The notes: generated by a model not told the origin, from the letters alone. A stretch of DNA of 64,000 nucleotides from Sphingomonas sp. (GCF_035714405.1 NZ_DASTMA010000009.1:35152-99151), one strand, 5' to 3'; numbered from the stretch's first letter, positions 18,500 to 27,293 are shown. Numbers and translations are program-made.

Positions 18500-19366
18500 A
18501 TGGACAGGAACGCGACGGCCGGCTTCGAATGCTGGGGCAGCGACCCGCCCGCGAGCCCGGTCGTGATCTCCGTCCCCCATGCCGGGCGCGAATACCCGCT
18601 GCCGCTGCGCGCGGCTTTGCGGGTGCCGTTGTCCGCCGTGACCGCGCTGGAGGATCGCCATGTCGACGCGGTGGCGCATGCGGCACGGACCGGCGAGACG
18701 ATGCTAATCCAGCGCCGCGCGCGCGGCTGGATCGACCTCAATCGCGGCGAGGACGAGCGCGATCCCAAGGCGGACGAAGGCGCCCCGCCGGCGCCATCCG
18801 GAGCCAGTCCGACGGCCGGCAAGGTGGGCAGCGGGCTCGGCCTTATCCCCCGGCGCGTTTCGCCCGTGGGTGACTTGTGGAAACGACGCTGGAGCGACGT
18901 GGAAGTGCGCGCGCGGATCGACGGCGACCATCGATCCTACCATCGGGCACTCGCCGAGGCGCTGTTCGCCGCGCGCACGCGGTGGGGCATCGCGGTCCTG
19001 CTCGACCTCCATTCCATGCCGCCGCTGACGGGCGCGGCGAAGGGCACCCGGATCGTGGTGGGCGACCGCTTCGGCCGAGCGGCCGGCGCGCGGTTCGTGG
19101 CGCGCGCGGAAGCGGTGGCGGCGGCGCACGGCCTAACGACGGCGCTCAACAGCCCCTATGCCGGCGGTCACATCCTTGATCGCCACGGCCGTCCGGCGCA
19201 GGGCGTGCACGCCTTGCAGCTGGAACTCGACCGCTCGCTCTATCTGGATCGCGCCCTCGATCGCCCCGGCCCCGGGCTGGAGCGCACCGCGAGGATGGTG
19301 CGCGAGATGCTGGGGGCGCTGACCGACGAGGCGCTGGCCGGCGGCTGCGCCGTGGCGGCGGAATGA
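18500..19366 (+). CDS. N-formylglutamate amidohydrolase
   Basis: SVPHAGREYP, LEDRHVD, IDLNR, LLDLHSMP, NSPYAGG, LQLELDRSLY. Confidence 0.88.
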   Translation: MDRNATAGFECWGSDPPASPVVISVPHAGREYPLPLRAALRVPLSAVTALEDRHVDAVAHAARTGETMLIQRRARGWIDLNRGEDERDPKADEGAPPAPSGASPTAGKVGSGLGLIPRRVSPVGDLWKRRWSDVEVRARIDGDHRSYHRALAEALFAARTRWGIAVLLDLHSMPPLTGAAKGTRIVVGDRFGRAAGARFVARAEAVAAAHGLTTALNSPYAGGHILDRHGRPAQGVHALQLELDRSLYLDRALDRPGPGLERTARMVREMLGALTDEALAGGCAVAAE

Positions 19367-19377
19367 CCCGAGCACAT

Positions 19378-19410
19378 AAAAAACCACCCCGTGCTGGAAG
19401 CACGAGGTGG
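19378..19410 (-). terminator. Rho-independent terminator
   Basis: CCACCTCGTGCT-TCC-AGCACGGGGTGG followed by T6 on the minus strand. Confidence 0.8.
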
Positions 19411-19537
19411 CCAAGGTTCAGGGAGGAGACGCGCCCGGGAGGGGGTCCACTGGGCGCGACATACGGTGTCGCGAAAGGGGGGAACACGAGCACCGTACAC
19501 ACCCTAAATGGGCGAACACGGGGAAGGTTCAACCCAT
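19378..19537 (-). ncRNA. SuhB/MmgR-like small RNA, apparently 5'-extended with C-rich hairpins
   Basis: Minus strand: three stem-loops with C-rich loops, then CTCCTCCCTGAACCTTGG, then a terminator. Convergent with the N-formylglutamate amidohydrolase gene. Confidence 0.65.
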
Positions 19538-19552
19538 CGCCGAACTTTTTGC

Positions 19553-20323
19553 CTAGACCGTGCCGAGCTGCGGCTGCGGCGTCTTGCCCTGCATCATCTG
19601 GCGGCCGAACACGTCGCGCATCAGGCTGAGCGAGAAGAGGTGCGCATAGAGCAGCGGCAGCATCCCCGACTGGGTGAGCTTGCGCAGCTGGTCACCCCGC
19701 ATGCCGGTCAGCTTCTCCTCGTTGATCATCTGGAAGCCGCGATAGATAAACGGTTGCGCATTGCCGTCAGGCTGGATCGAGACCTCGCCGTCCATCAACA
19801 GCTCCAGCTCGCGCAGCTCGTTCATGAAGTTCTGCGTACGCTGACCGGCCTGCTCGAACTGCTCGTTGAACGACAGGATGTTCTTGGTCAGGTCGCTCGG
19901 GTCCTTGCCCGTGAACAGCGCCTCGCCCTCGTCGAACGCGCCGAGCGCATCGGCGGTCGGGTCGAAGCACAGCGACAGCTCCTCCGCCTCCGGGCGCAGC
20001 TTGGCGAGCATAAATGGGTAGCGGCGGACATAGGCGGGGACGTAGAAGTTGTTCTCCAGCAGCTTGCCTTCGTCATCGACGAAGACGTTGATGCCCTCGT
20101 TGAGCCCCATCAGCCCGAGCGGGATCGCGTCGGGACCGACCGAGAAGACGATCGGCATGTGGCGCTGGACCAACGGGAACTCGTCCACGGTGATCGGGAT
20201 CGCGTGCTGCCCGGCCAGGAACGGCGCCCGGTCCTGGACCTTCAGCTTGAAGTCCGCGTGCGTCTCGCTCGAGAGCGGCTCGAGGCCCTTGTAGAACAGG
20301 GGAAGCTGGGGCGCGCTGGCCAT
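19553..20323 (-). CDS. SapC family protein
   Basis: PLFYK, HAIPITVDEF, YVPAYVRRYPF, GFQMINEEKL, LLYAHLFSL. Confidence 0.88.
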   Translation of the reverse strand: MASAPQLPLFYKGLEPLSSETHADFKLKVQDRAPFLAGQHAIPITVDEFPLVQRHMPIVFSVGPDAIPLGLMGLNEGINVFVDDEGKLLENNFYVPAYVRRYPFMLAKLRPEAEELSLCFDPTADALGAFDEGEALFTGKDPSDLTKNILSFNEQFEQAGQRTQNFMNELRELELLMDGEVSIQPDGNAQPFIYRGFQMINEEKLTGMRGDQLRKLTQSGMLPLLYAHLFSLSLMRDVFGRQMMQGKTPQPQLGTV

Positions 20324-20337
20324 GCGGTCTCTCCGAA

Positions 20338-20367
20338 CAAAGAAACGGCGGACCGCAAGGCCCGCCG
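20338..20367 (-). terminator. Rho-independent terminator after the FAD oxidoreductase gene
   Basis: CGGCGGGCC-TTGC-GGTCCGCCG then TTTCTTT on the minus strand. Confidence 0.6.
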
Positions 20368-20382
20368 GTTGATCGCGCGTCT

Positions 20383-21849
20383 TTATTGATCGGGACTGGC
20401 GCGTGCAAGCAGCTTGCCTGGATTGAGCAGTCCGTGCGGGTCGAGCGCGCCCTTCACGCCGCGCAACACCGCCATGCGCGCCGGCGACGACAGCCGCGCG
20501 AGTTCGTCCCGCTTCATCTGCCCGATGCCGTGCTCCGCCGAGATCGAGCCGCCCGCCGCGACGACCAGGTCGTGGACGAAGCGGGTGACAATCGGCGCCT
20601 CGTCCGCATACCAGCGCTCCGCCGACACTCCGCCGGGCGCGCGGACATGGAAGTGGACATTGCCGTCGCCGAGATGGCCGAAGCCGGATGCATGGGTGCC
20701 GGGAAAGCGCGCCTTGCAGGCGGCGGCGGCGTCGAGCAGGAAATCGGGCATGGCGTCGACGGGGACGGAGATGTCGTGCTGTGTCGCCGGACCCTGCGCC
20801 CGCTCGGCGGCAGAGATTGAGTCGCGCAGCGTCCAGAACGCTTCCGCTTGCGCCTCGCTGGCGGCAATGGTCGCGTCCTGCGCCAGCTCCTGCTCGAACG
20901 CCTCGACCAGCAAGCGTTCGAGAAGCCTGGCGGGTTGCTCGTCCTCAGGTGCGGTCGCAACCGCCTCGATCAGGACGTGCCACCCGTGGCGCCCGGACAA
21001 CGGCGTCCGCGCATCCCGCAGGTGCGCCAGCACGGCGGCCAACGAATCGTCGGGCATTAACTCGAAGCTCTCCACCGCCTCGGTCCGCCCCTCCACCAGC
21101 CGTAGCAGCCCCAGCGCCGCCGCCGGGGCCTCGACGCCGACCCAGGCGACCGCGCGGTCGAGCACGGCCGGCGCCAGCCGCAGCGTTGCGGCGGTGATAA
21201 CCCCCAGCGTCCCCTCCGCCCCGACCAGCAGCTCCTTCAGGTCATAGCCGCGATTGTCCTTCTTCAGCGCCGCCAGTCCGTCATGTACCGATCCGTCCGG
21301 CAGCACCGCTTCGATACCCGCGACCAGCCCGCGCATCGTGCCGTGGCGCAGCACCTGCGTGCCGCCGGCGTTGGTGGAGACGAGCCCGCCCACGGTCGCC
21401 GAACCGCGTGCGCCGAGCGTCAGGGGAAAGCGCCTTCCCTTCGCGAGCGCCGCTGCATGCAGATCGGTCAGAATCACTCCTGCCTCGGCGACCGCCAGCC
21501 CAGCCACCGCGTCGACCGACCTCACCCGGTTCATTCGTCGCAGCGAAAGGATCAGCGCCGATCCGTCGGCCGGGGGTGTGGCGCCGCCGACCATCGACGT
21601 GTTGCCCCCCTGCGGCACCAGCGGCACACGGTGCGCCGTCGCGGCCGCGCAGATCGACGACACCTCCGCAGTCGAGTCCGGCTGCAGCAGCACGGCCGCC
21701 CGCCCCTGGTAGCGTCCGCGCCAGTCGGTCAGCCACGGCGCAATCAGCTCCGCGTCGGTGACGATCGTGCGCGGCCCCACGGAGGTTGCAAGTGCGTCCA
21801 GCATCCCACGCTGGGACGGGTCGATCGTTGCGGAAGCGTCAGGGTTCAT
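20383..21849 (-). CDS. FAD-binding oxidoreductase (D-2-hydroxyacid dehydrogenase-like)
   Basis: PQGGNTSMVGGATP, STNAGG, KKDNRGYDL, GHLGDGNVH, SAEHGIG; start uncertain. Confidence 0.9.
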   Translation of the reverse strand: MNPDASATIDPSQRGMLDALATSVGPRTIVTDAELIAPWLTDWRGRYQGRAAVLLQPDSTAEVSSICAAATAHRVPLVPQGGNTSMVGGATPPADGSALILSLRRMNRVRSVDAVAGLAVAEAGVILTDLHAAALAKGRRFPLTLGARGSATVGGLVSTNAGGTQVLRHGTMRGLVAGIEAVLPDGSVHDGLAALKKDNRGYDLKELLVGAEGTLGVITAATLRLAPAVLDRAVAWVGVEAPAAALGLLRLVEGRTEAVESFELMPDDSLAAVLAHLRDARTPLSGRHGWHVLIEAVATAPEDEQPARLLERLLVEAFEQELAQDATIAASEAQAEAFWTLRDSISAAERAQGPATQHDISVPVDAMPDFLLDAAAACKARFPGTHASGFGHLGDGNVHFHVRAPGGVSAERWYADEAPIVTRFVHDLVVAAGGSISAEHGIGQMKRDELARLSSPARMAVLRGVKGALDPHGLLNPGKLLARASPDQ

Positions 21850-21889
21850 CATCGGTTCAACGACCTTCCGTAAGCGCGCAAGCTGTTTC

Positions 21890-22339
21890 ATGCCCCACCA
21901 CGCCCCTCTCGTCACCTTGCTCGCGCTCGCCGCGCCCGCGCTCGCGGCGGATCGGGTCGCGCCTCCCGCGGGTGGGCAGATCGCGCGGCTGACGATCCAG
22001 CAGCGGGTGGTGATCCGTGTGCCCCGCGTGCCGGAGGCCAGGCTGCCATTGCCCAAGCCGGTCAAGTGGAAGGAAAAGAAGGGGCCGGAATGCGTGGCCG
22101 CGCAAACCATGGCCGGTGCGCTGATCTCGGCTCCCAACCAGGTCGATCTGGTGCTGATCGGCGGCAAGCGGGTTCGTGCAAAGCTCGATGGCGACTGCAA
22201 GCCGCTCGATTTCTATTCGGGCTTCTACGTCCGCCCATCGAAGGATGGGATGATCTGCCGCGACCGTGATGCAATTCGCGTGCGATCAGGCGCGAGCTGC
22301 CAGATCGACGATTTCAAGCTGCTCCAGGCGAGCAAATAG
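21890..22339 (+). CDS. Exported hypothetical protein with four cysteines
   Basis: Signal-like LVTLLALAAPALAA; Cys pattern in the C-terminal domain. Confidence 0.65.
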   Translation: MPHHAPLVTLLALAAPALAADRVAPPAGGQIARLTIQQRVVIRVPRVPEARLPLPKPVKWKEKKGPECVAAQTMAGALISAPNQVDLVLIGGKRVRAKLDGDCKPLDFYSGFYVRPSKDGMICRDRDAIRVRSGASCQIDDFKLLQASK

Positions 22340-22425
22340 CGCTGCAAACTTGACTTTTGGCGGTCCTTGAGCGAGCGCCCGGGGCGCCTGGGGCAGCGCC
22401 GCCGCCCCTCCATCCGGACAGCTGC

Positions 22426-23892
22426 ATGCTTTTCGCCGACCTCGGCCTCTCTCCCGAATTGCTCAAGGCGGTGACCGACGCTGGTTACACCGAGCCGACG
22501 CCGATCCAGGCGAGCGCGATCCCGTCGGTGCTGATGATGCGCGATATCATCGGCGTGGCGCAAACCGGCACCGGCAAGACGGCGAGCTTCGTGCTGCCGA
22601 TGATCGACATCCTCGCGGAAGGACGCAGCCGGGCGCGAATGCCGCGCTCGCTGATCCTCGAGCCCACTCGCGAATTGGCGGCGCAGGTCGCCGAGAACTT
22701 CGTCAAATACGGCGTCAACCACAAGCTTTCGATGGCGCTGCTGATCGGCGGCGTGTCGATGGGCGATCAGGTCAAGGCGCTGGAGAAGGGCGTCGACGTG
22801 CTGATCGCCACGCCCGGCCGGCTGATGGACCTGTTCGGGCGCGGCAACATCCTGCTCACCGGCTGCTCGCTGCTGGTGATCGACGAGGCCGACCGGATGC
22901 TCGACATGGGGTTCATCCCCGACATCGAGGAAATCTGCACCAAACTGCCGAAGCAGCGCCAGACGCTGTTGTTCTCGGCGACGATGCCGGCGCCGATCAA
23001 GCGGCTGGCGGATAAATTCCTCGACAATCCCAAGATGATCGAGGTCTCGCGGCCCGCGTCGACCAACCTGAACATCAAGCAGATCCTGGTTCCCGTCGCC
23101 GGCGGCGCCTTTGCCAAGCGCGAGCGGCTGCGCGAATTGCTCCAGCAGGAGGAGGTGACCAACGCGATCATCTTCTGCAACCGCAAGACGACGGTGCGCG
23201 AGCTCAACAAGAGCCTCAAGAAGGATCGGTTCCGCTCGGGCGAGATCCACGGCGACATGGAGCAGTCGGAGCGGATCGCCGAACTCGACCGCTTCAAGGC
23301 CGGCGAGGTCACCATCCTGGTCGCCTCCGATGTCGCCGCGCGCGGGCTGGACATCAAGGGCGTGTCCCATGTCTTCAACTTCGACGCGCCCTGGCATCCC
23401 GACGATTACGTCCACCGCATCGGCCGCACCGGTCGCGCCGGCGCGACGGGTACCGCCTATACGCTGGTGGGCCCCGAGGACGCGGAGAACATCGCCAATA
23501 TCGAGAAGCTGACCGGTCAGACGATCGAACGGTTGAGCAAGGCGGTCGCTCCGGCACCGGCGCGCGAAGAGGCGCCCGAGGAACGCGCGCCCCGCCGCGG
23601 GCGGGTACGCGTCGCCGCCAAGTCGGCCGAGCAGGAGCCTGCGGCGGTCGAGGCACCGCCGGAGGAAGAGCCGGCGGCACGCGAGGCCCGTCCTGCCCGC
23701 GAGGCCCGTCCTGCCCGCGAAGCCCGGCCGGCGCGCGAAGCCCGCCCGGCCAGAGAGGCCCGGCCGCCGCGCGGTGACGAACGCCCTCGGCGTGAGGAGC
23801 GACCGCAGCGGCGCGATGAGCGTGATGACGGACCCGACGAGGGCTGGAACGGTCCGGTCCCGGATTTCCTGTCGGCCGCCATCGCGCTCTGA
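22426..23892 (+). CDS. DEAD-box RNA helicase (RhlE-like)
   Basis: PTPIQ, AQTGTGKT, PTRELA, DEAD, SAT, ARGLD, HRIGRTGRAG. Confidence 0.95.
   Translation: MLFADLGLSPELLKAVTDAGYTEPTPIQASAIPSVLMMRDIIGVAQTGTGKTASFVLPMIDILAEGRSRARMPRSLILEPTRELAAQVAENFVKYGVNHKLSMALLIGGVSMGDQVKALEKGVDVLIATPGRLMDLFGRGNILLTGCSLLVIDEADRMLDMGFIPDIEEICTKLPKQRQTLLFSATMPAPIKRLADKFLDNPKMIEVSRPASTNLNIKQILVPVAGGAFAKRERLRELLQQEEVTNAIIFCNRKTTVRELNKSLKKDRFRSGEIHGDMEQSERIAELDRFKAGEVTILVASDVAARGLDIKGVSHVFNFDAPWHPDDYVHRIGRTGRAGATGTAYTLVGPEDAENIANIEKLTGQTIERLSKAVAPAPAREEAPEERAPRRGRVRVAAKSAEQEPAAVEAPPEEEPAAREARPAREARPAREARPAREARPAREARPPRGDERPRREERPQRRDERDDGPDEGWNGPVPDFLSAAIAL
23676..23765 (+). repeat. 18-nt coding tandem repeat (AREARP x5) in the helicase tail
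   Basis: gcacgcgaggcccgtcct-type units with synonymous variation. Confidence 0.85.
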
Positions 23893-23898
23893 ATCGGC

Positions 23899-24084
23899 AT
23901 GATCGAGTATGTCACGCCCGTTGACGTGGCGAGCCCGTGCATCGGCATATGCGTGATGGATGACGCGAGCGGCTGGTGCGAAGGTTGCGGCCGGACGCTG
24001 GACGAGATCGCCGGCTGGCTGACCATGACGCGGGCACAGCGCGATGCGGTCATGGCCGCGTTGGCGAGGCGGCAGGCCGCCTAG
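23899..24084 (+). CDS. DUF1289 domain protein
   Basis: SPCIGICVMD..WCEGCGRTLDEIAGW. Confidence 0.9.
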   Translation: MIEYVTPVDVASPCIGICVMDDASGWCEGCGRTLDEIAGWLTMTRAQRDAVMAALARRQAA

Positions 24085-24114
24085 GCCGCCCCCCCCCCCC
24101 CGGAGGCGTGGAGC

Positions 24115-24738
24115 TCATCCGGCCTTTATCTCCGCGATCAGCGCGTCGTCGATCGCTTTCGCCTTCTGGTACGCCGGTCGCGCGGTGAGGCGTTCGACAT
24201 AGGGCAGGAACGCGGCGCGCTTGGGCAGCGACCCGAACTGGACGCCCCAGATGATCTGCGACCCGAAATACACGTCCGCGGCGGTGAAACGGTCGCCGAC
24301 GACATAGTCGCGCGCGGCGATCTCGCGCTCGAGCACATCGACCACCTGGTCATAACTGCCATAGCCGGCCATCGCGCGCTGATCCTCGGCGACCTCGACC
24401 TTAAGATAGTTGTTGGTGATCGCGGACTCGACCGGCCCGGCGGCGAAGAACAGCCAGCGATAATAGGCCGCGCGCTCCTCTGCCCCGGGGGCAAGCCCCG
24501 CGTCGGCATAGGCGTCGGCCAGATAGGCGCAGATCGCCGCGCCCTCGGTCACCACCTGCCCGCGATGCACGATCGCCGGCACCTTGCCCATCGGATTGAC
24601 CGCCAGATACTCGGCCGCCTTCATCGACGAGCCATAGTCGAGGATAACCTGCTCATAATCGGCCTCGACCTCCTCCAGCATCCAGCGGGCGATCTGCCCG
24701 CGCGACATGGGGTTGGTGTAGAAAATGATGTCGGCCAT
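24115..24738 (-). CDS. Glutathione S-transferase family protein
   Basis: NPMGKVPAI, VTEGAAICAYL, GDRFTAADVY. Confidence 0.93.
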   Translation of the reverse strand: MADIIFYTNPMSRGQIARWMLEEVEADYEQVILDYGSSMKAAEYLAVNPMGKVPAIVHRGQVVTEGAAICAYLADAYADAGLAPGAEERAAYYRWLFFAAGPVESAITNNYLKVEVAEDQRAMAGYGSYDQVVDVLEREIAARDYVVGDRFTAADVYFGSQIIWGVQFGSLPKRAAFLPYVERLTARPAYQKAKAIDDALIAEIKAG

Positions 24739-24761
24739 CGCGCGCCTCCTCTTCCGACTCA

Positions 24762-24776
24762 GAACGTAAGTGGAAC
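24762..24776. promoter_or_regulatory. Candidate alphaproteobacterial LexA box (GAAC-N7-GAAC)
   Basis: GAACgtaagtgGAAC, 23 nt upstream of the GST start; overlaps a CGAAC-N16-CGTT EcfG-like promoter (24763-24787, minus). Confidence 0.45.
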
Positions 24777-24793
24777 ACGAGTGTTCGGCTCGG

Positions 24794-25900
24794 TCAAGTC
24801 GCCCGAAACCACCACACGCCGTCGCGCACGTCCCGCGCCGCGCGGCCTTCGACCTCCAGGTGCCGCAGGTGGGCCAAGGCTTCCCCGGTCGCCATGCCGA
24901 TTACATCCGGGCCGATCGGGCGGCGGAACAGCTGCGTGAAGCAATCGACCGCGCGGCGCGGCGTCGCCAGGTGCGCCGCCACCGCGTCGAGACGCTGGCG
25001 ATGCTCGGCGTCGAGTTGGTCGAGCCGCGTGTGCAGGCCCGTGAACGGCTCGCCATGCCCGGGCAGCACCAGCAGGTCCGCCGGCAGCGACTTCAGCTTG
25101 GCGATCGACGCGAGCCAATCGCCGAGCGGATCACCCTCGGGCTCGCTCACCCCCAGGCTGATGTTGGAGCTGATCCGCGGCAGCACCTGGTCGCCCGCGA
25201 TCAGGATGCCGCGCTTGGCGTCGAGCAGGCAGGCATGTTCGGGGCTGTGGCCGTTGCCGGTCACCACCTCCCACGCCGCGCCGCCGATCCGCAGCACATC
25301 GCCCTCGGCGATGCGGCGAAAGCCCAGCGGCAGGCGCGCGACGATCCGCTCGAAATTGCCCCAGCCCCGCTCGGACGCACACGCGATCTGCGCGTCATCC
25401 CACCCGGCGCCGCGCCAGAAGGCGATCATCTCCTCGGGGATCTCGTCGCGACTGTCGGCGCACAGCATGCGCACCTGCAGCCATTCGGTCCGCGTCATCA
25501 GCAGCGGCGCGTCATGCTGCCGGCACAGCCAGCCCGCGAGCCCGACATGGTCGGGATGATAATGGGTGCAGAGCACCTGCGCGACCCGCTTCCCCGCGAG
25601 GGGGCCGCCCAGCAGCGCGCCCCAGGCCGCGACGCCCGTGTCGTTGTTGAAGCCCGTGTCGATCAGCGTCAGCCCCTCGGGTCCGTCGAGGACATAGCCG
25701 TTGACGTGCTTGAGCGGCCCCCACATCGGCAGCCGCCACCAGTGCAGGCCGGGCGCGATCTCGATCAGTTCGCCGGGTTGCGGCGAGCGGTCACCGAAGG
25801 GGTAGGTGAGACCGTCGCGCTCGAGTGGCGTATCGGCGAGCGGGGCAAGCGGTGCGGTGGCCATCGGGTTGCGGGTAGCAACGGATGCCGCATCCGTCAT
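24794..25900 (-). CDS. Metallo-beta-lactamase fold hydrolase
   Basis: LIDTG, THYHPDH, GHSPEH, AGDQVLP, LPGHG. Confidence 0.9.
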   Translation of the reverse strand: MTDAASVATRNPMATAPLAPLADTPLERDGLTYPFGDRSPQPGELIEIAPGLHWWRLPMWGPLKHVNGYVLDGPEGLTLIDTGFNNDTGVAAWGALLGGPLAGKRVAQVLCTHYHPDHVGLAGWLCRQHDAPLLMTRTEWLQVRMLCADSRDEIPEEMIAFWRGAGWDDAQIACASERGWGNFERIVARLPLGFRRIAEGDVLRIGGAAWEVVTGNGHSPEHACLLDAKRGILIAGDQVLPRISSNISLGVSEPEGDPLGDWLASIAKLKSLPADLLVLPGHGEPFTGLHTRLDQLDAEHRQRLDAVAAHLATPRRAVDCFTQLFRRPIGPDVIGMATGEALAHLRHLEVEGRAARDVRDGVWWFRAT

Positions 25901-25904
25901 CTCA

Positions 25905-26025
25905 ATCCTCCCCGTTCACGGGGAGGAGAACCGCTCGCCCACTTGGGCGAGTGGTGGATGGGGCGTGCCGCAAGCAAATCGCTCGCGGATAGGCGGCTGC
26001 CACCTCCCCGCGAACGGGCGGGGTT
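25905..26025. repeat. Palindromic intergenic repeat element (REP/CIR-like)
   Basis: CCTCCCCG-TTCA-CGGGGAGG hairpin, CCGCTCGCCCA-CT-TGGGCGAGTGG hairpin and a degenerate second CCTCCCCG arm. Confidence 0.55.
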
Positions 26026-26140
26026 GGCGGAGAGCGCCGCGGCGAAGCCGCGTCGTGACGTCGAACGGGGTTGGCTCCGCCACCCGCCGGCCGAGCTTGT
26101 CGGTCTCGCACGCAGCTATGCTGCGTGCGTGCCGGCTGCG

Positions 26141-26815
26141 CTAGCGCCGGAACGGGTCGAACAGCGCGTCCGCTTGCGATTTCGGGACGATGCCCGCCTC
26201 CAGGTCGCGCGCCGCCTGCTCGCGCTCGGCGCGGAGCTGCCCGATCAGCGCCTCGCGGTCGCCGTCCAGCTTGGGGTCGAAGGTCGGCGCCTCGATGCCG
26301 GCCGCCTTCGCAGCCTTGGCCACCGCCGCGTCCAGCTCACGCTGCGTGGTCAGACCGAGCGTCACCGGATCCTTGGGCGTGATGTTCGCCATGTTCCAGT
26401 GGCTGCGGTCGCGGATCGCGGCGATCGTGGTCCGGGTGGTGCCGATCAGCAGGCCGATCTGGCCGTCGGTGATCTCGGGATGGTTGCGGATGATCCAGGC
26501 GATGCCGTCCGGCTTGTCCTGCCGCTTGGACACCGGCGTATAGCGCGGCCCCTTGGTGCGGCGGACCTGGTCGGGGCCCTTGGTGATCTGCATGCGATAG
26601 TTCGGGTCGGCCTGCGCCTTGTCGATCTCCTCCTGCGTCACCTCGTGCGCGCGGATCGGGTCGCGGCCGGTCAGCTTGGTGGCGGCCGTGTCGTCGGCGA
26701 TCGCCTGCACCTCCAGGATGTGGAGACCGCAGAATTCGGCGATCTGCTCGAACGAAAGCGAGCTGTTGTCGACCAGCCAGCTGGCGGTCGCGTGAGGCAT
26801 GAGCGGCTGGGCCAT
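26141..26815 (-). CDS. trcR: DUF1013 protein, TrcR-like transcriptional cell-cycle regulator
   Basis: PLMPHATASWLVDN.SLSFEQIAEFCGLHILEV, RYTPVSKRQDKPDGIAW, IGTT. Confidence 0.88.
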   Translation of the reverse strand: MAQPLMPHATASWLVDNSSLSFEQIAEFCGLHILEVQAIADDTAATKLTGRDPIRAHEVTQEEIDKAQADPNYRMQITKGPDQVRRTKGPRYTPVSKRQDKPDGIAWIIRNHPEITDGQIGLLIGTTRTTIAAIRDRSHWNMANITPKDPVTLGLTTQRELDAAVAKAAKAAGIEAPTFDPKLDGDREALIGQLRAEREQAARDLEAGIVPKSQADALFDPFRR

Positions 26816-26827
26816 GCGGGGAACTCC

Positions 26828-26860
26828 AAAAAGAAACGGCCGCCCCTGTCCGGAGCGGCC
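26828..26860 (-). terminator. Terminator-like hairpin in the trcR leader
   Basis: GGCCGCTCC-GGACA-GGGGCGGCC then GTTTCTTTTT, ending 12 nt before the ATG. Confidence 0.45.
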
Positions 26861-27038
26861 CTGCATGTTTCCGGGTCTACCCGCACGGGGCGCATTGGGC
26901 AAGCGGCTGTCACCCGATAGCAACAGAGCGCCGCTATTCGGCCGTTCGCGAGAGGCCGGGATATGCAAGGCGGGTTGGGCCGGTCGGTCGGCGCCGCTAA
27001 GCGCAAGGCACGACCGCACCGTTCGAAGGAGTTAAACG

Positions 27039-27293
27039 ATGAAGACGTTCAAGGCGCTGTTCGCCACCGCCGCCGCCGCGGCGATGCTGACCGCGACCAC
27101 CGCCGCCGCCGCACCGCAGGCGGCAGGCCAGGGCTCTGTCACCCGCGCCGCGACGTCGCAGGCGAACGCCAGCGACATCGGCGCCGACGTGCCCTTTTCC
27201 ACCGTCATCAACATCGGCATCCTCGCGGCTCTGGTCGTCATCGTGCTGCTCGCCACGCGCGGCGGCGACAATGATTCGCCGACCAGCCCATAA
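27039..27293 (+). CDS. Small exported/membrane protein of unknown function
   Basis: AAGGAG RBS; signal peptide; C-terminal hydrophobic helix and DNDSPTSP tail. Confidence 0.7.
   Translation: MKTFKALFATAAAAAMLTATTAAAAPQAAGQGSVTRAATSQANASDIGADVPFSTVINIGILAALVVIVLLATRGGDNDSPTSP

Noticed and set aside
23676-23765. Tandem repeat as a CRISPR array
   Set aside because: No spacers, in-frame coding repeat, no cas genes.
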